Shown here piece after piece: positions 24,400-37,568 of a stretch of 64,000 nucleotides of DNA. The notes under the pieces are model-generated. The model had not been told where the DNA came from. It searched no databases and worked only from the letters and a program-made list of their open reading frames with translations. The stretch is taken from NCBI GenBank assembly GCA_977030845.1, contig OZ365112.1:19220001-19284000 (forward strand). Reading direction: 5' to 3'. The first letter of the stretch is position 1. Each line of letters opens with the position of its first letter. This DNA comes from Fimbriosthenelais zetlandica (taxonomy: Eukaryota). The position numbers and the translations under genes are program-made.

Positions 24400-27300
24400 T
24401 CATAAGTAGGGATTAAGGGGAGGGATAATTAATGCCAAGGGATTTAGTTGATATGAATCTCATTATCATCCATTATTCTGGGATTCCAGGCAAGACACCT
24501 CCTATCGTTGCCCGACATAACAAAGTATTTGAGTTTCTTCAAAGACAAAACCCATTTGCCAGTTGGGCGAAGATGCAAAATGTAAATAAATTGTACGGGA
24601 GTATATAACAGGACACTGAGTATAATTATACTTCATGGTAGAAATTGTTCAAGTATTTAAAAGAACAAAATTGTTCAATAACTCTGGACTAACCATCCCA
24701 TTCTTTTCACAAACGTTTATATTTCAGCAATTGTCATTTATTTAGTGGGAAAATACAATAAGAGCGTTCTACGTGCCATCTGCCTTTGAAGCTCTGAGGG
24801 TTTCTTTTGCATTATGATGCCCCCTTGATGAACCTCCTTCCTTGTCCATATCAGTAGTACCCCACCTCCGTAAGGGCCTATAAAACTGGCAATAGAAAGC
24901 ACTTTGTGCATATCTTTTTACTTGAAAATCTCAGGCCCATTATTTGCCAAGTTATCAAATTGCTGCCTAGGCTGGCTCCATAGTGGGGGCATTTACCCAG
25001 GCTGTTTACTCATGAGAGGCAAAGCGATATCGCCTTTTAGACAGATGAAAGAAAGCTGCTTCATTCAATACCTGGCTGGGTAGGGTTGGGTAGTGGTGAT
25101 GGAGAGTATGAAAGGAATGGGTCTATTTATGGTCAAAAGAATATAGGTGCCATAGGTCGTGGAGTGAAAGGGAGTGGACTAGGGAACTGTCCCTTTCTAA
25201 AACAAAAGAACAGCCTAAGCAGGCTATCCGCCTTCATTTCACGCTTATATGCAGTCAGGCAATCAAGCAAAGCTGACTGAAGCAAACGGAGGTGTTGGAG
25301 GCACTAATTTATGGCTAGGCTTAATCTGAAATGGCTAATAAGCAGGTGCTTTACAACCCTCCTGGCAACTGGTTATGTGCTTCGTAAGCATCTGGCAGTA
25401 CAATACTATAGTCTTGAAGGATGTGACACTACTATGATATTTGTGGCAACTTTCTGGACTCAGATAAGTGAAATATATAAGAATCCATCATACCCATTGA
25501 ATGTATACTATATAGAAAGAACCTTAAGAATCTAAATACATATGTGAGTGATGCATGGCTTTATAGGAATAGGGGCTTTATCGGGAAACGAAGGAAACCA
25601 GCAAATGAATTGTCCTTGTTCAGCAAGGTCGTGCCAAGAAACCAAACCCATTCATGACAATCAATAATTTTGATTTGCCCTGGAGATTTAAATATCAATA
25701 AAATCCAAGAGATCCTGCAACAGCTGCCATAGATCCCTCCCATGTCAGACAGCGTCAAAGTCGTCCTTGTCAAAATCTTTAAGACTGAAACCAATTCTTT
25801 TCTCGATTTCTCCTCAATGATATTGCATATCATGAAAATGTACAACACAACAAAGGGAGCTACATTTTTACAAATTTGTTTCATGAAATGCTTGTACTTC
25901 AAAAAAAAATCTGAGCAACTGCATGCGAAAAAAGGATGCCCAATAGAAAGCCATCCCGGGATGGGCCTCCGGAAATGTACATAGATAGCAATGATAATTA
26001 ACTATAGCAGGACATAATTTTGTTAGTTTCATGATGCTCTTTCATTATAGACTGCATATGGGATGCATGATTGGCTCTTGCTTATCAGACGTATATGGAA
26101 CGTGCTGAGCGTTCCAAGCCCGGCCCCAATCATACAACTATGCCATGTTTGCCCATAGCTGGTCTCAGGCCTTTCAGGGGATGAATGGGAAGGTCTCCGA
26201 TCACAATTCCCAACTCACAATAACTGTGTTTGCTCTATCAGCTCTGCAGAGAGTTCAGTAAGTATTACAAGCATATCGCCTCCTGCCTGAGCTCAGATAC
26301 CCCTCTTCTACCTTGCCTCACCTCGCCACCTACCCATCACCCTCATCCTCTATAGCCATTTATACCTCCTTCTCTACAATATGTGGAGGCTGAAGTGATC
26401 GAAGTACCTCCTCGACAAAAGTGTGCTTTGACAAGTCAAAAACATCGAACCTTTAATCGGGAAAAGGTCATTAAATGGAAGACATTTTGAGTCAATGTTT
26501 AAAATACTGCTCCAAAATGTTGTAGTTCTGCCTGGCCTATGTTTGAAGGGCTTTAATCACCCCGGCGCTTGATCACTATGTATGGATTGGTTTGAACCCC
26601 TGACTGGTTACAACCAATTCCGTGATGATTTTTATGATCTTGTTGCCATTTTTGGCGGCTAATCATGCCATTAACATCCTAACTAACATTAACCTGATTG
26701 ATTTGTCTTTAATCCAGCCCTTGCAGCAGCTCTGGCCATCAGTGATGGATCACTTTAATCATGACACAAGGATGTTTATGTCATCCACGGTGTCAGGAGG
26801 ACAAACATTAAGAGGGGAAAGACGGAGATGATAAGAGAGACAAAGGGAGACTAAGGAGGCAAGATGAAGAGATGCGGATGGAGTTGAAATAGTGATGATG
26901 ATATCCTCTTCAGTTTTCCTAGCAACAGACGCCAAAACGATGGAAAGATAAAAACGGAGAGGACTATGTTAAAAGGGAAAGGGGACATGAGAATAATCGG
27001 AAAGAGGCACTGTATAAAAGAATGTGAAAAATATAAGGCCAGGCATTCGAATATGTAAATCAAAAGTGAATAGAGGCAAGGCGGGGTAGGGATTCCCAGG
27101 GGACAAGGGCTATCATTAATCTCTATTTGGTGTGAAAGCCTTTTATAGGATCACACAAATAGAAAGAAAAGAGAATTGAAGGAAAGGAAGTTTTTAAATT
27201 TAACAAGTTACCATGCACTAAGAAACTAAAATGTTTGTCGGATATTTAATAGGGCTAGGCGCTATAGTGTCTCTCCCCGTATCCTAACTAAACCATCAGG

Positions 27301-28900
27301 CCTCAGCCAAGCATTAACACTCCATGGACGCCCTGTCCTGGAAGAAACCTTGTCCATCTTCATTGAGCAGCTCAAAGACGACTTGCTCTCGCCTTTTGTG
27401 TTGCTCAGCCCTGCCTCTTGTCTTCTTATTCTAGTTAATACAGCATGGCAGCAGGGGCCGAAACAAAAAGGATAAAAAACTTTTCAGGCAGTGGTCCTGG
27501 TTGTAAACTGAGCTTTATTGAGCTGTATTCTCCAGGAGCAAGTCCCTAGTATGGAGCAGCTCGAGAACAATAATAGGTTCATGCCCAAATGGTGCAGTGT
27601 AGGGCCGGTGGAAGAGAGGAAAATGGCGCTCAGAATCAAGTGTTTGCACTTGATACCAGAGTCAGATCACCCGGGTGCTTCGCGGAGACTTCCGGTGCCA
27701 TATGCTCACACTCGCCTTGGCATGGTGCCAAGCGAGCTGCTCCTGTTGCCATGTAAACAGAGCAGGTATGAGCCTGCCCCAACACTGATCTAGATATGTC
27801 TCATCTATATGGCGATCATTTTCCTCTCATTTGATGAGCCCCATACATGAAGATTTTGTGCTAGAATTGGGAGGATTTTGTTCAGGTTGAAGGGCTTTCC
27901 CCATGTTCCAAAGAACACAGCCCTTCATTTCAGGGGGAATCATGTGATTGGGGTTAAAGTACGAGAAAAGTTTGGCATGTACCAGAGACCATGACATTAT
28001 CTTTTGCCTTGTAATCCCTATTAAGGGGTTTGGCTACATACAGAAGCTTGCATGATAGGAAGGACTAAAACAACCAAATTGCTTTTCTTTTGCGAAACTA
28101 TCTTATGCTGGGTGTTGGTAAGGTGGGGGAGGAGAGGTTTAGTGTGATAGGGTAATACTGTATGTGTTAGAGCCTGCCTAGTTTCTCCAGCACGTTTGGA
28201 ACCATGTCCGATGTCACAGACCTTGCTCTGGGCTGAGAGGTCCCTTTACATTGTCAACAAAAGGCCCTGTAAAAGCCATTTCTGGAGGCTGTCTAGATGT
28301 CAAACACTGGAGTGTGATATAACAAGGCCAATATCACATCCATCAAGTCCAATCCTTCAGAGTTTAATGTTGAAATTCATGGCAAATTTACAGTTGTGTT
28401 TAGCTTACAAATAACCGATATTGTCAGGAGAGAAAATAACCAGCTGTTGTTTAATAAATATGACCTTGGTAGAGGATGGCTTAAAATAATCAGTGAGTAC
28501 TAGATAAGTAAAGAAGAAGGTACATCAAAGTATGAGCTTACAGAAGTCCTCAACTAATCAGTTCCAGAGCAGCCTGGCACCCTGCCCATCCAGAGTGGCA
28601 AACTGGGAGGTGGCCGAGGAGTAATAGTCACTAAATGTCAACTGTAGGTTATGTGGTTCTGGTGAATTTTACGTGATAGTCTATTAATATCTTGTTTAAT
28701 TTTATGGAAAAGGAGGACATATCTCGTCCGTTCACCAGCATGGTGATGCAAATCCAATGATTTGATTTATGAACATTTATTCGATCCTACTGGCACTTCC
28801 CCAGTGTGAATTATTAGAAGCCTAAAAGTGGATATTAGTATACTGTTAAATGGAAAGGGAATGAATGACATGAAAAGCCATGTTCCGTTACTTAGGCCTT
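24400..28900 (+). mobile_element. Near full-length decayed L1-clade LINE (part of ORF1, ORF2 EN-RT-Zn knuckle)
   Basis: SGIP 24477-24488 (ORF1-like), LNVY ~25495, DLPWRLN 25672-25692, LPG ~26530, LQQLWPSVM..DTRMF in ORF 26622-26831, QAFEYV ~27040, NRARR..SP ~27250, DDLL 27377-27388, IKCLHLI (for IKYLGI) 27635, CRLC 28643-28654. Confidence 0.65.
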
Positions 28901-29199
28901 TTACTTTAATTCCCAATTTGCCAAATAATGCCAGCTTCCAGATTATGTTTAGAGATTCCTGTCCTGCTCAGGGTAAATACAAACAACACTAAACCTCTCT
29001 CTTCTCATGTGCTTCTTGCTAACATTGCATCTCCTCGGATACCTCTAATGTAAACACAATATATAACTGGTGCAGCAGGTAAGTTATAGGCCCTCTACTT
29101 CCTAACTATACCACCAATGACATCTGAGTCAATAAAGTACTACCTAACTATCAAACATTGCCTAATCTTCCCTCCTGATACACTTTTAAAGAGGTGATG

Positions 29200-30705
29200 A
29201 AAGAGTCATTGTCTTTGGGGGCAGCGAATCATTTACCAATAGAGGATAATTTTGAATGCATACCCTCCATCCGGTTTATGGCCAATCTAACTAGGAATGA
29301 AACGCGGAAACGTACACGTATGCTTTTCCCTACAGACTATAGCTTATAGTCCTGCAGTCAACAGACCTGTGAGAATAGATAAGGAAATCAGTTTTTGGAC
29401 ACGATGTTGCATTGAAGAGTAATATCCCTGTTCGAACAGAATGTTTAAATGAACACATAAAAGGGATGAACAGCTGCCAGATATAAACCTAGATGTTACA
29501 ACCAAAACATCCAAAGACCGAACATGTGCTGGGTATTCTGCAGTGATCTGCAACCCTAAATTCATAGAAGCAAGATGGCCAGGTTCCAATTTTATGACCC
29601 ATTTTACGAACAGAAAATTCTAAAAGTAAAGGTTGGGTACTTATCATTTGGGGTTTAACATACTTTTGCACAAATGAGAATGATGGCAGTGCCGGTTTCT
29701 GACACTGCGCCCAGGTTACAACACTGTCATAGAATTACAGAAGTTTGTCATTGTCAGTTAGGATGTCTTTTGTAACTGAATTACTGCAACATAATATTTT
29801 TCGATTTCTTGATCAACAAGGTAGATGTCGCATGTCCGGCATTTGGAACATTGCCAAAATGTATGAGAATGAGGCAGAACAACATGTCGCACTCTAAAAG
29901 CTCTCCCTTAAAGAAGTGAACGAAAAAAATAGGTCTTCATTTCAGACTTGTTATCAGAGGGTATGAAAAATTCTCCAGGCTGACGAGTGACTGTCCCCAA
30001 GGAGCTCTAATTACCAACCAACAGCACAAGCCTTTTAAAGTGATGTGCCCAAAAAAGCCAAGAAGAGTCATCATCTAAAAGGTTGTCATTGATTTCCCTG
30101 GGTCTTCTTAACTGGGGGGCTTGCTTCTGTGCACTAGTGAACTTAATAAAGCCTTCATCAAGCATATTTTATCACCTTTTAATCATATCTTATTGTGATG
30201 AATATAAAATAATCTCATCACAGAATTGCTTTGAGTAATCATTGAATTTAAAGGAAGGCCTTCTGCCTAAAAATTTCTCTGAAAAAACTATATCTATGCC
30301 CAACTTAAAAAAAATGGCAGTATATAAAGAGGGATTTTGTAACAATAATGACTCGAAGAAAAATGTGTTTTGAGCAATTAATTTGGTGTTATCAGAAAAT
30401 GGTGCTGTTATATAGTCATCGAAATGTTCAAGAGTGCAAGGCGAACATTCATATATTCATACTGCATAACTGTTTCACACTTTTCCATTCAATTTCACAT
30501 TTCAACAGCCATTTGGTATCACATCACATTCGTTTTTTACCCATAATGCAAAGTCAAGTGATTCAAGTAAAAACTTTAGTATACCTTCACTTAATCAAAT
30601 ATAAGAGCAGGTTACATAATCCACTGTCAGTCGAAGCCAAAACCCTCAAAGAAACAGCAATTCATTTCGATTCGGAAATGCAATCACTCCTTGGACAATA
30701 AGTGT
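29200..30705 (+). mobile_element. hAT (Charlie/SPIN-like) DDE transposase fossil
   Basis: ESLSLGAA ~29215, YSL* (for FSLQLDE) ~29338, DGSAG (for DGA..M.G) ~29685, HC ~29749, IFYHL ~30165, KAFCLKI ~30255. The C-terminal FLP...IKYKSRL..SVE in ORF 30348-30701 matches the hAT dimerisation-domain end. TIRs not found. Confidence 0.55.
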
Positions 30706-33700
30706 TAAAATAAACAAAAATAAATAAATTGGTATGAGGAAAATATTTTGAGTATTATGAGAGGTAAAAGGTAAAATGGTGTGTAACTATTGTTAAATTG
30801 TAAGTGTCCGGGCACATTTCTGTATTTGTTGAGTTGTTCTAAAAAGATTAATCTAAATCAACCATATAACATCTAATGGACAAATCCTGTCTGTACCTTT
30901 CCATGGGTAGAAACATGGCTCTGTTGTTATAGATAACAAATAATTATGAGAATCTGTATGAAAATATGACCATATGCATATAACTGTTTTTGTATATGCA
31001 TATTATGTGCCTCCTATTCATATTTTCAGAATCACAAGATCACATCTATGAAAAAATCATTGTAAGGAAGAACTAAATATCATCTAAGTTTAGAAAATAA
31101 TTGTGACAATGTCAGCAGCAAAATATATCAACTTAGCATAATATGTAAACTTAACCTAATAGAAATAATAAAACCCAAATTTGATCAACAACAAAATAGT
31201 ACCTCTTTCAAAGATACTCTTTTCGATCCTATCTAATTTCGTATTTTGTATGTGAATGCTTTCAAAATGTGGCACTTATTTTAATTAATGTTGAAATCAT
31301 AAGAAATTAAAGACATCTTAAATAAAATAAAACGTGTTTTATGTTTTACCTGAGTAGATTAAATGAGGAGGCCAGGAGTGAGGCAGTCGGGTTTGACTCG
31401 GGTTTGGTAGGTGAAGGGCTCCATAGTTCAGCCTGCTCCTCTTTACCCGATGTTGTGCTGTATGGAAAAGAGTACCACATGCTTGGATAAAGACTCTGTC
31501 AATCACAATTATCAATCAAATAGACATCATGTCAAAAACTTCCTCCGATATATCCAGAATGTTGTCCCCGTTTCCACAATCAAAAATGACTTTGTAAAGT
31601 CAAGAATATGCGAGAAAAAACATTTCCTCCCTTCTCAGTGAAAGAGATTGGCCATGTAATTGACCTTGCAAGTGGAAGCGTCCGAATAATAATGTATATT
31701 TCAGTCCAATTGAGTGACAATAGGAATTACAATGGCAACAGAAATAGGTGTTTGCTTGTTGCCAATGCCTATAGATGTGCTGAATGTACAAAATGACCAG
31801 AGATCATTGGATCTCGTTTGGAGGGTGGGCCCCTTTGGCTTGAGCAATCGACCCATAATTGAATATGCCACTAAATCCTCTGGGCCAATCGCTTCTATTA
31901 TTATTCATTGTTCCAATTGTTCCAAGAGACTGCATGCTTTGAAAATCTCTGGCACACCCTGAGCATTTCTATTCTTTTTGACAAAAAGACATGAAAAAAC
32001 AAAGAGAAGAATCAATAAAACTCTCGAATAATAACTTGGATCAAATCACAATATCATTAAGGAATTTTCAATTACTTTCCTGCCCACCTCGAAGGAACAA
32101 CCATGACTGACGGTTGATTGATTATTGGTTCATGTCACTACATGGAAATGATACACAGTCATGTATTAATTAAATCTCATACGCCTTTTACAGATTAGGC
32201 AATAAGCCTGAACTATAAATGAGAATAATGTTAATATAATAATGTTATCATGTCATATATTTACAACATTTTTTATTTTAAGTTTATAATGAAGGGTCAA
32301 GCCCGTGATTATCTTGACAGATGATTAGTTAAATTAATGATTAAAAGCTTTAACCCCAATATACTTAATTATAATACAACAAGTTATAAATTATTTGCAT
32401 TTGACTAAATTAATGTTAAGAAAATGTTTTAATTATTAGCAGAGGGTTAACACTCCTGGTTATGGGACATGCTCACACAATAGGAAGGATTATACAAAGT
32501 AGAGGGATGGATTGAAGCTGGAACCAGTTAAGGGACAGCAGGCCTATGATGCATGGTGTGTACAGATAGGTTGGGGTGTGAAGGAGTTAGGGGGACAGGT
32601 ATTGACAAAGCTACGACTGGGGTAAACACACAGAGACGTATGGAGTGTAATCTAATCTAAACCGAATGAACTACATTCAATTATCAATGCTGCTGCTCAT
32701 TTTTCCGTTTGTATTTATTTTTCCGTTTGTTTTATTTTGTCACAATTGGGAGATTCTACTATTTCATTCTCTTACATTAAAAAATGAAGTGACATCCATT
32801 AGCATTGTATTCAACACTAAGCTCCGAATTTAATTAATATTAAAAGTAATTAAAGTTATTTTATTGGTATTCTATCTTTTAGCTACTGTTTTATTTTTCT
32901 AATGGCACTATAATATGTCCACATTATAAAAGGAGAAAAAAGAGTAACATTTTGGGTAAGGGTACTTCTCCAATAATTAGAACGTCCTACGGTAATTATT
33001 GCAATATATAAACTTATCCTGATCAATTAGACAAATAAATGTCATAGACCTGTAGGGTAAAAACAATAAGATATTGCATATGACTACCTTATCATTGATT
33101 TTGCCAGCTGATCAAGATTGATGGGGTAGTTCAAGTAAATAGACGACCCATATCGGACCTGGTAACCCCAGACAAATTAAATTTAGGAATGGGACATGTC
33201 AGGTCCAAGACATTAGATATGCCAGTCCTTGTATACTGATATGGGTCTGCTGAAGGAGGGAGTTAGAGGCCTTCCTCTCCATGTAGAGGTTAGACCATCT
33301 TTGAGCATCTAGGTTTACTTTGGTAACAAAGAAAAGATATACTTGCATAAACTATATATGGAATTATGAGTTTAAGACAGTATTATATATAAAAAACAGC
33401 CTGTTGCACCATGAACTATTTGACATATTCTATCATTCCGTGTAGACACCTGCACATTGAACTGATGTCATGTCAACAATGGAGAAAGTCACATGTGACA
33501 TCAATACATTCAGTTTTGTTGATCATTAGCCTTGCTGGTGCATCCCACTCTATCATGATCCATCAGCTTTCACAAAATATCCTCCAAATAACAGAACCCA
33601 AACAAAAGGACTATAAAAACAGATAAACACGGAATTCAATTCACTCCAGCATGTTAACTAGCCCAATATTTCCCTCTGATCAACCATCAGATCGTTGTCT

Positions 33701-34179
33701 GCACACAAAAAAGCGCCATCCCAAACTAAACGCAGCAAACTATTGTGCACAGTCCCCATCATCTCATTATTGGCGGACAAAAGGAAATATAAACGCTGGG
33801 CTAATTAATATGGCATTTTTGCTGCCAACAAGAGAGGGGTGCTTCCTCCCATTTGGGCATGAGGCATTGTGGGTCTCGCCAGAGCAGGAAGTCTGCTGCA
33901 CCACCACACGGCCGCACATGGAAGCTTGTCACTGACAAATGGCATGTTTTATACCAGTCCCCATGCCTGTAGAACCATGGCATGCGATCACGATGATTCT
34001 ATACACAATAACTAGCTATCGTGGCACCATCGAGTGAAATGTATTGTTGTTACTTAGTCAATATGTGATTTTTATGATCAGAGACCCTGCAGCTGCATGG
34101 CTTTTATTGCATCAATACATCTCAACGCACAATCATGCGATATGTAAACCAAATTCATGGCGCAATAAATATGCATTTT

Positions 34180-34600
34180 GCCAATTGTTCAAAGCTTGAT
34201 TTTAACCTCTGACCCATAACATATTCTATTTTAAAATAAACCTAATATATATACTCAAATGCCCGGCATCAGCCAAGATCAATTTATGGTGAATTTATAG
34301 TGAAGGGATACAAAATTATCGTTGAAATAATGGATTATCTTAAGGAAATATTGGTGTTTTTTTCAAAAGAAAGCACAGTCAAAGAAGTTCAATATAAGGG
34401 GGATGCCAGATTGTGGAACAGCTAAGCCTGCCTGGCTTAGATGTACTCCATGTTGAAAACTATGTTCTTGGTTTACTGGCGCAGTCGTAACATAACTCTT
34501 TGCATCTGAGAATATCATTTCACTCCAGTGGGCGGGGCCCTCGTCCATTCATAGCAGCACTTGGTTATCTAAACAAGTTTTTTTCCTCTCATACGTACAC
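34180..34600 (-). mobile_element. Tc1-like transposase fossil
   Basis: Minus strand: RKK..L ~34578, WSEMIFSD (for W..V.FSDE) 34527-34504, QHG ~34455, FNDN (for FQQDN) ~34325, IE..W ~34215. Spacing is compressed and TIRs were not found. Confidence 0.45.
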
Positions 34601-36641
34601 AGATAGTTCATTTCGATTTCTTGCCATGCCTCTTGCCTCTCCTAGTCAAGAGTAGATTTTTATAAATATATTGTCCAACGTAAGTAATGCACAGGGAAAT
34701 GAGAGATGGAAACAGCATACATGAAGACCGAGGACAGCAGACAAAGTCAGATATTTTTTTCACGAAAAGAGCTACTCCAAACGTAATGAAAAGAACCTCT
34801 TGGTAGAGGCTGATATAATTATCCAAATCATCTTAATGCCCAATCACTTAAAGACGTCTTGAGACAAATCTGTGATTCTCTGAATATCTTCAGCCTCAAG
34901 AAGTTGCAGAGACAGCATACGGTATATAGATTTACTTGTTTATCGTCGGTTTTCCAATGTAATCCCCGATTTCAGGGTGTAGAAAATGGATGAAAGGTCA
35001 AAGCTAACAAAACTGTCTGAGACAGGATGTAATCACTGATACAAAACCATTTCTACTCTAAACCATTTTAAATGTCACACGTGTTATGAACATAGCCCTA
35101 CCTGTGATCAACGCCTCGTTAAATCACTTCTCTTTCTGAAAATTACTATTTTTCTATCCCATTGGAAACTTGCCTCTCTGACATTACACCAATAGTTTCT
35201 GATGGTGTAACGGGAGAGGTCTCTTGTGACATTAGGGATAGAATCCCCTCCTCCAGGTTCTATGTTGTGCCTCTGTATTTAGCGGGAGAACCACCTGTTA
35301 CGTCGCTCTCGGCATTTGCTGCTATTCATTAGGTATAGAAAGAACAACCTGAGGCGATTAGGAGGATGGATGGGCGGACGAGAGGGACAGAGGAGACGTT
35401 TAAAGGACATCCGCTGTGTCATGATGTCAGAGAGGCAGAGGTGAACTTTTGTATTAAAAAAACTATATTCATAGGTATAAGTCCTTACAGTGGATGAGGG
35501 ATCCAATAAGCAGTGATGGATAGACTAGTCTGAATGGCAGGTGTATTATTAGCTATAGACCCAAGTTAGTATTTTTTGATGGAATGACTCAGTATGACGC
35601 AATAGATGTCTTTCACTTAATGAAGTGATGTTACTGGAGAGGCCCAGACTAACTTCCCCATGTCAGTCAGAGTAGCTGTAGACCATGACGGGTGAGGGTC
35701 TATTTACTTTGGGCAGTCATATAACCTCGTCCCACGAGGTGTTAACTTGTCTGAAACAGCCCTTAGCAACGGCCTTCATCACTTTCATTCCCAACCCCTG
35801 GCACTATCACCCATGCTCCCAATTTTATTTCGCCCTTCTTACGTCCATGCATGTCCTGAATCTATTAGAAATTCACCACAGGCCCTATTCATGTACCTTA
35901 CTCATCATGCTTCCTCAAGACTTATCATTGATATTTCTAGGGTGCCAGTTATAGGTGACGCGTGGGATGGAAATGGGGTATTACTTTTTGGGGGATTTAT
36001 GGCATTCAAAGTATTTTACCACAGGGTAAAAAAACTGAAGGCAATCAGGAGGATGGTAATGTAAGCCCTGCTCCACACTGGAATGTTGAGTCTAGATCTT
36101 TTTGGCTGAGACAGTATTCAGTTGTGACGGATAGGATCACAGCCGATTTAATATATTATAATTTCAATATTAATTGTGATAAATTACTAAATTAATACAC
36201 TTTGCTTTAAAAAAAATCCTATAGTATAGATATACATCATTATCAATCATTTGACTGTATGGACACTGGACAGTACTGATTGATGATATGAGCTTAAGTG
36301 GAGGTATAGAAGAATTTCATCTGTAGCATCATTCGCCAGCCCAGTGGCCCCACCTAGTGCCCCTTTGATGAATCTATACTTGATGTAGGACTACCATGTG
36401 TCTGAAGTCTTCAGAATGTCAGAGAAGCTACTGGATCGATCATTGCATTAAGACTGTATATTCTAACGAGAATAACACAGAAATAAACCTGTGTAAATCA
36501 ACAAGCTCTAATGTTTCTAATGGACCTGGGAACATCCTACAATTTCCTACGATAAATATGTTCTGATTTCTAGGCCTATGGAAGGGAGGTTCCTGAAAAA
36601 CTGATATTGCCAATTTTCCAAATGAGCAATATAGCAATATA

Positions 36642-37434
36642 TTTTGGACCATTTTTAACCATTTATTTTGAACAATTTTTAGTCATATTTACTCATTTTC
36701 ATTCATATTTATTCATTTTCATTCATATTTATTCATTTTCATTCATATTTATTCATTTTCATTCATATTTATTCATTTTCATTCATATTTATTCATTTTC
36801 ATTCATTTTTTATTCATTATTGTTCATTTTTAACTATTTTTTTTATTCATTTTTAACTATTTTGAACCATTTTTATTCAATTTTAATTATTTTTAATCGT
36901 TTTTAATCATTTTAATTCATTTTAAACCATTTATATTCATTTTTAACTATTTTTAATCGTTTTTAATCATTTTTATTCATTTTAAACCATTTTCAATCAT
37001 TTTGAACCATTTTTATTCAATTTTAACTATTTTTAATCGTTTTTAATCATTTTTATTCATTTTAAACCATTTTCAATCATTTTTAACTATTTTAAACCAT
37101 TTTTATTCATTTTAAACCATTTTCAATCATTTTGAACCATTTTTATTCAATTTTAACTATTTTTAATCGTTTTTAATCATTTTTATTCATTTTAAACCAT
37201 TTATATTCATTTTTAACTATTTTTAATCGTTTTTAATCATTTTAAACCATTTTTATTCATTTGTAACTATTTTTAATCGTTTTTAATCGTTTTTAATCAT
37301 TTATATTCATTTTAAATTACTAAAAATGATTAAAAATGAATAAAAATGAATGAAAATGATTAAAAACGATTAAAAATAGTTACAAATGAATAAAAATGGT
37401 TAAATACGATTAAAAAAGATTAAAAATATTTAAA
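36642..37434. repeat. AT-rich decamer-based tandem array with a terminal inverted arm
   Basis: Five perfect copies of the 20-mer ATTCATATTTATTCATTTTC at 36701-36800, plus a degenerate copy at 36681. Then 47 in-register decamers at 36841-37310 (consensus about TTTTAWYCAT). Then about 11 reverse-complement decamers at 37326-37435. Confidence 0.97.
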
Positions 37435-37551
37435 TCAGAGTCGATTCAACCTCACGATACTCTGTTTCCTAAAATTGACCATTGCTGTGAGTCTAGGCTG
37501 TGAAGGCGGGGATATATTGAGAGGATGCATGTGGAGGACAGCATGATCAAT

Positions 37552-37568
37552 CTGCCACCTGGTGGCCA
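37552..37568 (-). promoter_or_regulatory. CTCF core motif candidate
   Basis: Minus strand reads TGGCCACCAGGTGGCAG, close to the vertebrate CTCF core consensus TGGCCACCAG(G/A)(G/T)GGC(G/A). Occupancy cannot be shown from sequence. Confidence 0.55.

Noticed and set aside
29344-29589. Minus-strand L2 endonuclease-like motif (PAHVRSLDVLV)
   Set aside because: It overlaps the colinear hAT transposase fossil on the plus strand and is a single motif.
32350-32450. TTAA-CCC...GGG-TTAA piggyBac-like MITE
   Set aside because: Only three terminal bases are inverted; expected by chance in AT-rich DNA.
35860-36500. CR1-like RT fragment (GP...LK, PQGKK, LYL)
   Set aside because: Motif spacing is inconsistent and matches are weak.
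36607-36906. 99 aa ORF with repeating FIFIHIYSFS
   Set aside because: It is a translation of the 20-mer/10-mer array. The period is not a multiple of 3 and the opposite strand is full of stops.
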